Virus record (IMG/VR): IMGVR_UViG_3300030450_001823
Span: 33,236 to 97,235 of that record
Direction: 5' to 3' (one strand)
Source of the DNA: a virus
Length of the DNA: 64,000 nt
The notes below the pieces were generated by a model. The model searched no databases. It was not told the origin of the DNA and saw only the letters and a list, made by a program, of their open reading frames with translations. The first letter of the stretch is position 1; every line of letters begins with the position of its first letter. Of the stretch, positions 39,642 to 49,461 are shown one piece after another. The position numbers were made by a program, and so were the translations under genes.

Positions 39642-41036
39642 TTAATTCCATACACTCCCTGCTAGAGCGTGTACCTCATCCCAGTTCATGTTACCGAGTT
39701 CCTCTGTTGAAGGAATCTCTACGGTGGAGTTGTCTGTTGCTTTACGGATTTCTATACCTGCTGGTTTTGTAGCAAGGTCGTCAATTCTAGCACCGAGGTC
39801 AGCAATTGCTTTCTCGATGTTACTTAGTGGTGCACGAGCGTCAAACTCTGATGCTGCGCGAGCCTCTGCTTCGTAGTTAAGTTCCTTTGCAAGGCGGTCT
39901 GAAAATACATTGTTCAAGGAACCCTTGAATTGTTCTTCAAGAGCAGCAGCCTTGTAGACTTCGTATGCAGCCTCGATGTCAGTTGAACTGACATTGCTTG
40001 GGTGCAAGTAACCTTTCGATACACTCTTACCGGAATTAATCTTACCAAGTGCGCCAGTAGATGGGTTGCCACCTTCTTGCTCACGGTTCGCTGTCTGTCC
40101 CGACATTTGTGCCGTATCTATTTGCTCAGGTGTACTACCAAGGTTAGCCTTAGCGACATCGTCAAAGTGACTTCTTGCCGCACCAGTGTCAACGCCTTGT
40201 GATTTCAAGGTGTTTTCCATCCAGTTTAGGTATTCACTTGATATTACATCAGAGTATTCGCTCTTTTCCATATCATCGTATGCCTTTTTCTCTTCGTCTT
40301 TCATATCTTTCGCCTCATCTTTAGGTGCGTCATCTTTCTCATCCTTAGACTCGTCTTTAGCATCATCTTTGGATTCCATAAAAGGAGGAAGGTCGCCCTT
40401 CTCCATTGAATCCATATGTTTGCTCATTCGGTCTAAGACACTAGAAAGTTCTGCTAATGTTTCTGTTTCACTTGTCATATCTGTGTCCTCCTTCAATATA
40501 CGGAATGTCGCCTCCGGGTTAATACCTTTTTCACAAATAGTAACTTCATGCAGTTCCAACTTGGAGATTTCTGTATAGTCTCCGTGTTTATCATCGGCCT
40601 TACGCATTCTCTTAAACGCTTGACCTCCGATGCTGAAACCAGTTAGGTTACCTTTGCGAATATCATTGGCTACTTCACGAGCCTTTTCGATGTCATCTCT
40701 TAGTTGAATGACTACGAACATACCGGCGTCATCGACACCGGATTTCCACACACGACCGTCAGAGTCAGTGTATTGTGGTATTACACTACCAACCTGTATG
40801 TTAGAGTGTGCGAGTTGTACATTTCTAAAATCTTCTGCTTTCATAAAGTTACCAAAAGCGTCTTTTAGTGCTCCACGAGTGATTAGGTCTCCTTGCTTGT
40901 CAACCATTTCAACACTGGCATAACCAGCGATTACAAGGTCGTTACCTGCCTTAATGATACTGATATTCCCCTCGTGATGAACGGGGGAGGTTCTCAGTGA
41001 AAGTGAGGCGACCATGCTTCTATAGAGAATGACCAT
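39642..41036 (-). CDS. HK97-type prohead protease fused to scaffold
   Basis: IAGYASVEMVDKQGDLI, VQLAH (His), GFSIGG (Ser), ELHEVTICEKGINPEA; acidic/helical C-terminal scaffold. The start may be ATG at 41015. Confidence 0.9.
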   Translation of the reverse strand: MVILYRSMVASLSLRTSPVHHEGNISIIKAGNDLVIAGYASVEMVDKQGDLITRGALKDAFGNFMKAEDFRNVQLAHSNIQVGSVIPQYTDSDGRVWKSGVDDAGMFVVIQLRDDIEKAREVANDIRKGNLTGFSIGGQAFKRMRKADDKHGDYTEISKLELHEVTICEKGINPEATFRILKEDTDMTSETETLAELSSVLDRMSKHMDSMEKGDLPPFMESKDDAKDESKDEKDDAPKDEAKDMKDEEKKAYDDMEKSEYSDVISSEYLNWMENTLKSQGVDTGAARSHFDDVAKANLGSTPEQIDTAQMSGQTANREQEGGNPSTGALGKINSGKSVSKGYLHPSNVSSTDIEAAYEVYKAAALEEQFKGSLNNVFSDRLAKELNYEAEARAASEFDARAPLSNIEKAIADLGARIDDLATKPAGIEIRKATDNSTVEIPSTEELGNMNWDEVHALAGSVWN

Positions 41037-41046
41037 ACTATATAAT
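41037..41046 (-). promoter_or_regulatory. Candidate archaeal TATA box for the protease-capsid operon
   Basis: TTATATAG on the - strand about 25 nt upstream of ATG 41015, the spacing expected for a leaderless archaeal transcript. Confidence 0.4.
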
Positions 41047-44000
41047 CAAGTACGGAATGAAGCAGTGTCTCTTGTTACTTCTAAAGTACCACCTTCTACC
41101 GGTACTACCAAGTGCTTTGTATCTTCGGAGTCCTCTGTTTTTGGTTCTATAGAATAATCTTCTCCCGGTCTCTTTTTGTTATCATAGTCCGGCATTGTCT
41201 TAGAGTCGTTTAGATTTGTCGGACCAGTAGGTGATTCTATAGGAGTAGCATAATCTATTCCTAGGCCCATAGTACCTGTACTAGATTGCCCGACTAAACC
41301 TGCTCCACTTTTCATCATCCTTTCAAGTAACATTGCACCTTTAACTAGAATCTTCTGCTTCTTTTGTTTATTCCAAAAATCAGTACCTTCGACCTTTTTA
41401 GGCGGAATGAGTGGCTTTGAGTCTCCTTCTGTTTCATGAACTTCTTCTTTTTCTGCAATTTCCAAGTTAGCCTTGAGCATTGCTCCAGCCACAGGTGACC
41501 AGTATTGTCTTTGACTTTCAGACAAACGAATGAGATAATGATTAGGTGCCAAAGGACTATGCACAGTCCAAATCGAACCTGTTTGAGTAGTCTTGTAAAT
41601 GACATCACCTTGTGGCATAGTTATTCTAACACCCGAAGGAGACCTTGAAACTTCACATAACCATTGTTCTGTTTCAGACTTAGCGAGTATTCCAAGCGTC
41701 TCTTGGCTTACTAACCCTTCTCCTTCTGCTTCTTCTTGTATTTCAGAGCCGCTTACATTGTATAACTTCTGACCGCTAGTAGTTTCTGTAACACCTACAT
41801 TACTGACATTGACTCTTACATGGTCACCTTCTTTGTACTTTTCAGAACTGTCAAAGGCCGCTCCCATATCCATATATGTATCTCCGTTCAATTCAACCCC
41901 ACGAGAGCCTAATTCTTCTTCTTGAGTAATTGGACCTGTACCTAGTCTATATGTGTAAGGTCCATTTCCTCTACGCTCAAGTACTACAAGTACGACATCA
42001 TTACCCGGAGATAACAAAACCCACTTAGGATGTCGCATTTCACCTACCATGTAGGTAGACTTAGCATCACGCATCAATAATTGCTCGTTATCTTCTTGTA
42101 AGTTTTCAACAGTAAGTTCTAAACCAGCGTCGTCTGTTAAACGAGTATCACTTGCAGAAGGGACATGTATATTTTCAATACCCTCCATTCCGCCTCTTAG
42201 TATCTTAATACGGTCGTCAAGTAAAGTATCATGAACTTCTTTACCATCGTATTCTATTACATCAAAGATATAGTAACCTTCTTCTGTCTTTACTACATCT
42301 ACTTGGAAATCTTTATCGGTGACTTTTCCAAAGTTAGTTTTATCTTCATCTGATAGCGTGAACGAAGGAGATGTAATGTCATCATCTTCTTTTTTAACAA
42401 AGCCCCTTTCACCCTTTGGCATTGCAGAAACAATCCAGTCTCCTGTAAATCCACGAAGGTGTTCAAGGTCTTCGATTTCAAAAATGCGATGCATTGGTTG
42501 TAACAAAGGTATATCTTTGCCAAGTTCCTTGCGAATTACATCAGGGTTAGTCAATGCAGCAAGGTCCATATTGGACTTAGCAATGTCTACTGGGTTTTGT
42601 AACCTTCGATAACCAAGACTGTTTAACCAAAAGTTAGGTGCCATTCTGTGTAATCCGTGAAGTTTTTTTGTCTCCTCTGTATGCAATATAGGTTTCAAAT
42701 GAGGTACTGCTAAATCATAAAAGTCCTCAGTAGGTTGTACAAGGTTAAACGGAGCATCATTAGGAAATACCTCAACTTTACCATCCTTGTGTATTCTATA
42801 ATCAAATGTAGGGTACAAATCTGCTTGGTCTCCTAACTCGTGTTTGAAACCAGTCGAATTATAGATACTTTGTACTGAATAAGAATTAGGCCCGAATCTA
42901 TCAACAGGAACTGGCCCAAGACCCATGCGGGTAGCATCAACCGAAGTTATCTCTTTTGGCTCTACTCGCGGGTCACTGATTAAAACAGAATCTAAGTTTT
43001 GCAATGTTCTATAGATTTTAGATTGTAACTTTGCAGTTTTGTTATTAGTAATGTTAGGAGGTCGTATATCAGTTTCTGACCTTGGGTCAGAATGATGAGC
43101 AGTATGCCAATCAAGTCCAAGTCCAGCCATGAGTTCTCCTACACCTTCTTTTGCAGTTCTACCTTTACCTTTGAGCCGAGGGTCATAAGTACTTAAGTCG
43201 CGGTTAACTCTTTGTATAGTTCTTACTAGTGCTTCATTCCGGTCTTTCGCACGCAGTCTTTCAAAGCCTCTAACCTTGTCTCTTAAATCACCTGAAAAGT
43301 CTCCATAGTGATTACTAGTTCCTAACATTTGTGCAACTGTCATAACTGGAAACTCTAAAGTCCCATCTCCACTCTCTTGAACTTTGCCTTTTATTTTTTC
43401 TAATAGGCTATCCACTGTTTCCTTAGCATGCGGTTGGTCATAGTCTAAGCCAAGTATGTCAGCAACTTCTTCTGCCGAATCTTGCACATTGATAGTATTA
43501 GGACTATTGTGTATGTGCGCTTTTACTTTAGAAGGTATATTCCCACTTGTGACACCTTTGGTTTGAGTATGTTCTGAACTAGGACCTATCGTACTGATAC
43601 CGTGCATTTCGTGTGGTACTATTTGCAATAAGTCATTACCCATGCGGGCTAGTTGCCTAACATTAGCGTCAATTTGTTCTAAAGATAAGACATCGGGATT
43701 AAACGCATCGGGCATGGCCTCCTCAACTACTCCTCTTGAAATACCACCCGCTTGCCCAATTGCCTTTACATCACCTCTTAATTTATCTGCAAAGGTATCT
43801 TGCTGAGTACCCTCCATGCCAATAAGTGAGCCTTCTTGACTTTCTGATGCATAACTTTGTGCTTCTAGGTCTTTGTACTCTTGTTGTAAGTTTTCTAACA
43901 TATGACGCATATGTTCTCTTTTTTGAGGACTTTGTTCTTCTTGCATTTGTGTTTGTAAATGCATAACTTCATCGAATAAATCAGCAAGTTCCATTTCATC

Positions 44001-46496
44001 TACACCTTCGTGAGGTGTGGCATCTCTAGCAAGGGAGTTTACTACATCTACAGAGTGGGCTGTAGGAATAGTTTCAGGTCGAGGTGAAGTCAGATTATGA
44101 ACTCCTCTACCCGGACTAAGTGGCGGAGAACCCATATGTAACATGGTACCGACTGTATGGAACTTAGACGCTCGTTTTCTCCTTTGTCGCTCAAAAGCCA
44201 GCGCTCCTCCTTTACTAGCAAATGCATGAGACCAAGGTAAAGTTCCACTCCTATTACCTGCTATTCTTAGTTTCATCTCGTTCATAGTTTTATTATCGTC
44301 ATTCATAAACGCATCATAATGACCTCTTGCTGCCTCATTATGAAACGGACCATTAGCAGAAGCAGCGTGCCTTTCATAACTAGCACGATTCCCTTGCCCT
44401 GTCATAAACACATTATGGGGATGCAAGTTAGATTCCGCATCTCTAATATCGCCTGTCTCCCTGCGCTTTACATCTCTATAAATAGGACTACCGCTTTCGT
44501 CTTTTTTTCCAGTCTTCACCCTAGTGTCTGTTAACTCAGGCTCGGCTTGCCCAAATGGTCCTAATAGATTTAGTACACCGTGGTTATAGATTTCTCCTTT
44601 TCTATTACTGCCATGCCTTATTCCTATATTTTGTGAAACTCGCAAAGGAGTCTTTGCAGTAAATTGCTCTCCACCTATAGAAACAGGTTGGTTTTCTAAC
44701 TCAGTACCTGTGTTTTTTTGAAAGAATAAACTTAGTTCATTAGCCCTGTCATCTACGCTTATTCCACCTTTTTCATCTTCTTCTAAGTTTGCATAAGGGT
44801 CATTAAACCCTTCATCAGAGCCAAAACTACTATGACGCTCTAACTTGCCTTTTCCTCCGTATAATAAACTATGTTCGTGTAATAAGTTATAGAGAGTATT
44901 AGGGTGTTTGCCCATCCCCCCTTTTCCAAAAAATGGCTCATGCCAATGAGTAGCCAAAGTTCTATTTTCACCTTCGGTTAATTCTTCGGGCCAATGGGTA
45001 GGGTCTAAAAATGTACCATAATGAAAAATACTATTATTACGGGCTATTCTCCCTGCTTGAGTTTGTAAAGTTCTTTTTTGAGAGTTACCTAATATAGACT
45101 TTATTTCTTCATCTGTAAAAGGAGACTCGCTTTTTTTCCAATCGTCATAATAAGGGTGTTCATTATCATTGTACATTTCACCGGTATTGACATCTAAGTT
45201 TAACAAATGCATTAGCATATTTCTACGCATTCTTCCTACATTGTCTTGGCTATTAGAAAAATTAACTTTACCTGTTTTGCTATCTATGTAAGGCATGCCA
45301 TCAGGTAAGTCTTCATAACCTTCCATAGATTCTTGTAAAAAAGAATCGTCTACTAGCGCTCGCTCTTTCATATGATTCAATGCCCTAGAGTAACCATTAG
45401 GTACAGCACTAAATGCATGAAAATTATCTTCAAGTTTAGGTACTGTCTTTTTACTAAGATTTTTTGGCCTAGCAAGTATAGGTTCTCCCGGCTCATCAGG
45501 GTCCCTTATCCAATGGTTATACATGCCTGAAAATCTTTGGTGAAAGTTTCTAATTAATCTAGGAACAGTAAATGCAGAGTGACCTATGTTTAATCTAAGC
45601 GAATCATGTGGGTCACTGGTACCTTTGTGCGATATATGTTCGTATACTTCGTGTCGTTGAGAAGGAGTTAACCATTCAAGTCCAAGTAAATAATCCATCA
45701 AGCCTAGACCTTGTGGAATACCATTTTCGTCTACCGCATCAGAAGACCAACCTTGCCTTGCTTCTTCCATGTGTCTTTTTTTACATTCATGGTCTATTTC
45801 ATCATCAGTAGCGTTTGGAAATTGTTCTTTGATTTGTTCTTTTAACCCGTCGTTAGACTTTATCCAATCATCATAATGACTTTGATAAAGACTATGATTT
45901 GTCATTTCTCCACTTAACTTACCATAATGATGAGGGTTACGCAAAAAATCATGAGGGCCTTCTGCATGGTGGTCCTCCCAAGCCATCTCTTTTCTACCAT
46001 CAATTTGACTTCTTGATTCTACATAAGCATCAGAAGGTAAATAAAAATCTGAAATAGTTTGGTGCATCTGAGGACCTGCTTCTGATTGAGCACCATGCAT
46101 TAATGGCAAAAACCTGTAATCAAAGTAATTGTGATTTTTATGTGCATCGTCTACATCACCTTGTGCCATTTCTAAGTTTCTACCTGTTAAACTTTGGTCA
46201 GGTCTAGGATTGATTACCCGTTGGTCATCATAAGCACCACCTGACATTAACTCTTGACCGGCTTCTTGATGATAGGTTCCGTAGGGTGATTCTTCTTGCA
46301 TCTCTTCTTTGATAATCAAACAAGACATCTTAAACAAACTTTCATCTTCTGATTTGATAATATAACCGGCTCGTTCAGCACTTAGTACAGAGAAAAAATA
46401 ATCAGCACTTGCGTCGTGCTTTCCTATATTGTCGCCTATAGATTCTAATAGCGTTTTACGAGACCTATTCAAAATGTCAATGGGACTTTCTCGCAC
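41046..46496 (-). CDS. 1816-aa head-module protein with C-terminal degenerate ATP-dependent DNA ligase-like domain
   Basis: ~41700-42510 carries ligase-like motifs LQPM, WIVSAMPKGER, YIFDVIEYDG..V.D..L.DRIKIL, EQLLMRDAKSTY..G.R..KW and an OB-fold-like region. The first ~1300 aa are unrecognised. Confidence 0.65.
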   Translation of the reverse strand: MRESPIDILNRSRKTLLESIGDNIGKHDASADYFFSVLSAERAGYIIKSEDESLFKMSCLIIKEEMQEESPYGTYHQEAGQELMSGGAYDDQRVINPRPDQSLTGRNLEMAQGDVDDAHKNHNYFDYRFLPLMHGAQSEAGPQMHQTISDFYLPSDAYVESRSQIDGRKEMAWEDHHAEGPHDFLRNPHHYGKLSGEMTNHSLYQSHYDDWIKSNDGLKEQIKEQFPNATDDEIDHECKKRHMEEARQGWSSDAVDENGIPQGLGLMDYLLGLEWLTPSQRHEVYEHISHKGTSDPHDSLRLNIGHSAFTVPRLIRNFHQRFSGMYNHWIRDPDEPGEPILARPKNLSKKTVPKLEDNFHAFSAVPNGYSRALNHMKERALVDDSFLQESMEGYEDLPDGMPYIDSKTGKVNFSNSQDNVGRMRRNMLMHLLNLDVNTGEMYNDNEHPYYDDWKKSESPFTDEEIKSILGNSQKRTLQTQAGRIARNNSIFHYGTFLDPTHWPEELTEGENRTLATHWHEPFFGKGGMGKHPNTLYNLLHEHSLLYGGKGKLERHSSFGSDEGFNDPYANLEEDEKGGISVDDRANELSLFFQKNTGTELENQPVSIGGEQFTAKTPLRVSQNIGIRHGSNRKGEIYNHGVLNLLGPFGQAEPELTDTRVKTGKKDESGSPIYRDVKRRETGDIRDAESNLHPHNVFMTGQGNRASYERHAASANGPFHNEAARGHYDAFMNDDNKTMNEMKLRIAGNRSGTLPWSHAFASKGGALAFERQRRKRASKFHTVGTMLHMGSPPLSPGRGVHNLTSPRPETIPTAHSVDVVNSLARDATPHEGVDEMELADLFDEVMHLQTQMQEEQSPQKREHMRHMLENLQQEYKDLEAQSYASESQEGSLIGMEGTQQDTFADKLRGDVKAIGQAGGISRGVVEEAMPDAFNPDVLSLEQIDANVRQLARMGNDLLQIVPHEMHGISTIGPSSEHTQTKGVTSGNIPSKVKAHIHNSPNTINVQDSAEEVADILGLDYDQPHAKETVDSLLEKIKGKVQESGDGTLEFPVMTVAQMLGTSNHYGDFSGDLRDKVRGFERLRAKDRNEALVRTIQRVNRDLSTYDPRLKGKGRTAKEGVGELMAGLGLDWHTAHHSDPRSETDIRPPNITNNKTAKLQSKIYRTLQNLDSVLISDPRVEPKEITSVDATRMGLGPVPVDRFGPNSYSVQSIYNSTGFKHELGDQADLYPTFDYRIHKDGKVEVFPNDAPFNLVQPTEDFYDLAVPHLKPILHTEETKKLHGLHRMAPNFWLNSLGYRRLQNPVDIAKSNMDLAALTNPDVIRKELGKDIPLLQPMHRIFEIEDLEHLRGFTGDWIVSAMPKGERGFVKKEDDDITSPSFTLSDEDKTNFGKVTDKDFQVDVVKTEEGYYIFDVIEYDGKEVHDTLLDDRIKILRGGMEGIENIHVPSASDTRLTDDAGLELTVENLQEDNEQLLMRDAKSTYMVGEMRHPKWVLLSPGNDVVLVVLERRGNGPYTYRLGTGPITQEEELGSRGVELNGDTYMDMGAAFDSSEKYKEGDHVRVNVSNVGVTETTSGQKLYNVSGSEIQEEAEGEGLVSQETLGILAKSETEQWLCEVSRSPSGVRITMPQGDVIYKTTQTGSIWTVHSPLAPNHYLIRLSESQRQYWSPVAGAMLKANLEIAEKEEVHETEGDSKPLIPPKKVEGTDFWNKQKKQKILVKGAMLLERMMKSGAGLVGQSSTGTMGLGIDYATPIESPTGPTNLNDSKTMPDYDNKKRPGEDYSIEPKTEDSEDTKHLVVPVEGGTLEVTRDTASFRT

Positions 46497-46511
46497 ACCA
46501 TCACCCGCCGA

Positions 46512-46967
46512 TTAGTTAAAATGGCGGTCAAGTCGCTGTGCAGATTTCTTTATGTCTTGTAGGTTTAGTTTTTCCTCGGAGCCGCCTAGCGATTTCTGAA
46601 TTGGAGTACTACCGCCCTTTTCGTTCACACGATATGATTGTTGGTCATCGAATGCATCAGGAAATTGCGTTGGTTTGTCAAGTATGTTACTTTTTTCTGA
46701 GGTTGCACCTGCGTTTTTGACATCTTCTACTTCGGGTATAACATTATTTGTGTTGTAAAATACATTAGGAACTTTACCCGGTTGTGTTTCAAATCTTTCA
46801 ACTCCTTGTGTAGAGCCTTCTTTTTGATTACCATAATCAGGTACAGCCTTGGTAAGCCTTTCCTCTAATTCTTTTGCTTCTTTTAGCAAACTGTCATATT
46901 CTTCATCACGAGGTTCGTATCTTGGTTTCATATTATCAATCCATTCCAATGTTATTTCCAATCGCAC
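46512..46967 (-). CDS. Hypothetical head-module protein
   Basis: ORF between portal and protease with LTKA, IQKS and IKKS sites. The real start is probably MKPRYEP (~46931). Confidence 0.55.
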   Translation of the reverse strand: MRLEITLEWIDNMKPRYEPRDEEYDSLLKEAKELEERLTKAVPDYGNQKEGSTQGVERFETQPGKVPNVFYNTNNVIPEVEDVKNAGATSEKSNILDKPTQFPDAFDDQQSYRVNEKGGSTPIQKSLGGSEEKLNLQDIKKSAQRLDRHFN

Positions 46968-47310
46968 CTACACTTTTAGCCTTATCAGCAAGTGCATGAA
47001 TATCGGCCCATTCCATAGTATGGAAATCGGCGTTGTTTGTAGGTACTGATATTTCATGCCCGTCTTCACCCTTGATTATCATTTCATCAGAGTTTCCTCT
47101 AAACTCATCAGGCATCAAATCTTCGGGTGCACTGTTACTTGCTCTTACAAAACCTGCCTTCTTTAGCAAAGTCATTGGGTTATTGAGCATAGATTTTAAT
47201 TGTTTATTCTCTGCTTTGATTAATTGGATACTATTATCCATGTTTTCCATTTTACTAATGAGCGCGCCCATTAGTTTTTCTGCGGTGTTAGTTTCCCCCT
47301 CGTCTGTCAT
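46936..47310 (-). CDS. Scaffold-like coiled-coil protein
   Basis: N-terminal heptads; C-terminal MEWADIHALA resembles the protease/scaffold C-terminus MNWDEVHALA. Confidence 0.55.
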   Translation of the reverse strand: MTDEGETNTAEKLMGALISKMENMDNSIQLIKAENKQLKSMLNNPMTLLKKAGFVRASNSAPEDLMPDEFRGNSDEMIIKGEDGHEISVPTNNADFHTMEWADIHALADKAKSVGAIGNNIGMD

Positions 47311-47319
47311 CTAATCACC

Positions 47320-47697
47320 TCAAAGAGTGCGGTTACTTTGCTTTCTCATTATTGAGCCGATGCGATTAGTTCTAATGGTGCCCGGTAAGACATCATTAGA
47401 AGAAGGGTGAATCTTTTCAATGTTATTGTAACGCATGACTGGTACACCGCCAGCATAGACATCGTTGACTCCCGTTGGGTTAGATTCTCCCTTTAGGATT
47501 GCCTTTTCTACATCGTTGGATAAGTATTCTGCATACTTTGTTATTTCATTGATATTAAGACGAGCATTTGAAGCATCATTGTCTTCTAGCGCTTTGTAAA
47601 AAGCATCAATATGAGTACGCATTTTTCTAGCCATTGGGTCAAGTTTCAACAAGTCCATGCGCCAGTCCACTACTCCCCTTGACTTTAACCTTGTCAT
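47320..47697 (-). CDS. Hypothetical helical head-module protein
   Basis: ORF directly after portal; the likely start is MDLLKLDP. Confidence 0.55.
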   Translation of the reverse strand: MTRLKSRGVVDWRMDLLKLDPMARKMRTHIDAFYKALEDNDASNARLNINEITKYAEYLSNDVEKAILKGESNPTGVNDVYAGGVPVMRYNNIEKIHPSSNDVLPGTIRTNRIGSIMRKQSNRTL

Positions 47698-49460
47698 GCG
47701 CCCTTAAAATTACGAGCGTCTAATATATTCCGAGAAGCCTGTTGAACTCCGCCCATTGGCATGCCTCTTTGTTGCACACTGGAAACAGGAGAGCCTGAAC
47801 CCATTGTGCTTCTGTTCTGAGGGCTTGCTGGGCTACTCGGAGTGCGTATTCCCATACCTTCGCCACCCGGTTGACCCATCTGCGCTTGTCTTGCCATCTG
47901 CGCTGCACCTTGTGGACTTATGTTACGGCCCGGCAAAGCGCCGGGAGTGCCCATTCCTCCACCCATTTGCATACCCGGCATCATTCCGCCCGGAGGCATA
48001 CCACCCGGAGGAGGTTGCTGCATCCCGGCTTCGGCAGGGTCAGGTTGCTTGTATATGAAACGAATATCTCGGTTAGCAGAATCTTCTACTAAGTCAGGCT
48101 TGTAACCTAGCATCATCATACGCTGCGCTATATTGACCTCCATCTCATCACGGCGTAGTCTTGTAACTTCGTCTTCTTCTTCATTTGGATACAGGGTTAT
48201 TTTCCAATCCGTAATATCCATCTCTTCATTTAATCGGGGGAATAGATGCTCGGCATATACCTTGTGCCCAAACTCAACCGCACGGTTAGTAACAAGAATC
48301 TGCATACCTTCATTGTTTAGACCGCCGGACTTACCAGTATCCATCATAAATACATTCGATACACCATAGAATGCAGCGATACGCTGTCTCATTTCATCTC
48401 TTGCAGGTATGTATTGCATCTCTTCTAATGTGTCCATAAACTTGACCCAGTTGACACCACCTCTGCCGGAATTAGACTCTATTCCTATCTTAGGGATATA
48501 ATGAGGGTCACGCTCTAACTTTTCATCCATACTCTTGAAAAACGACTTCATTGATTCTAAGTTGTCAGTTGTTACAGAAATCATACCTTTAGGAGTTCTA
48601 CGCTTGCTATAAGAAGTATACATATAATTATCCATAGCAGTCAAAGTCATAGCCTGTCGCCAAAGTGTAGAAACAGGAGAGCGACCGTATAACTTAGAAG
48701 GTTGGTACTTACTTACATGTATTACTTCTCCCTTAAGGTAGTATTGAGTTTTTCCTGAACCAGCAGTATTGACATGATGTACATCTTCTAAGTCGTAACC
48801 GCATGTTTGGCAAGTCTTTTCTTCTTCGCTGTAAGACCTAACTTGGTCTCTATGAACTGGGCATACCCTAAATCTACCACCACGGACTCCTCTTTTGTCA
48901 GCAATTATACGCATAAAGATAGGGTCACCTCTAAGTATCTCTTTGACTCTGTAAAACATTAGTTCGTTAGTATCAGGGTCCATGTAGTATTCTTTGATAA
49001 GTACAAGGAATGCGTCGTCGGTAATGTTCAAGTCATATTCAATTTCTCTAAGAACATCCATAAAGGTCTGCTCCATTGAGTTTCTCTGCTCAAGTAACCA
49101 GCGAGGATATACTAACTGGTTCACATCAGGCTCTGCTAAATTAGAATTATTACATCTTTTGCATATTTCAACATCATGTTGGAACTCAGCATCGCAATCA
49201 AGACATTTCTTTGCAAACTTCTTTTCCCAATAATAACCTCTACGGAATATCTCTTGTTGAAGAGTAGTCAAAACTGTGCGGAGAATAAGATTTTCATTAG
49301 CAACTGCATACAAAGCAGGGATTGTAATACCTTGTACGAGAACTGGCTCTTGAATACCTGTAGTCCAAAGCGGCATTTGTGGCTCAGGAGTTCTTCTTTT
49401 TCTAAATGGATTTGTAATTGATTCTAGTATTCGACCTACTCTGCTTTTTTGCTCTGCCAT
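47694..49460 (-). CDS. Portal protein
   Basis: DLNITDDAFLVL, EVIHV, YGRSPV, TPKGMISV and RIAAFYGVS are HK97-family portal motifs; lies between TerL and the protease. Confidence 0.9.
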   Translation of the reverse strand: MAEQKSRVGRILESITNPFRKRRTPEPQMPLWTTGIQEPVLVQGITIPALYAVANENLILRTVLTTLQQEIFRRGYYWEKKFAKKCLDCDAEFQHDVEICKRCNNSNLAEPDVNQLVYPRWLLEQRNSMEQTFMDVLREIEYDLNITDDAFLVLIKEYYMDPDTNELMFYRVKEILRGDPIFMRIIADKRGVRGGRFRVCPVHRDQVRSYSEEEKTCQTCGYDLEDVHHVNTAGSGKTQYYLKGEVIHVSKYQPSKLYGRSPVSTLWRQAMTLTAMDNYMYTSYSKRRTPKGMISVTTDNLESMKSFFKSMDEKLERDPHYIPKIGIESNSGRGGVNWVKFMDTLEEMQYIPARDEMRQRIAAFYGVSNVFMMDTGKSGGLNNEGMQILVTNRAVEFGHKVYAEHLFPRLNEEMDITDWKITLYPNEEEDEVTRLRRDEMEVNIAQRMMMLGYKPDLVEDSANRDIRFIYKQPDPAEAGMQQPPPGGMPPGGMMPGMQMGGGMGTPGALPGRNISPQGAAQMARQAQMGQPGGEGMGIRTPSSPASPQNRSTMGSGSPVSSVQQRGMPMGGVQQASRNILDARNFKGA

Positions 49461-49461
49461 A

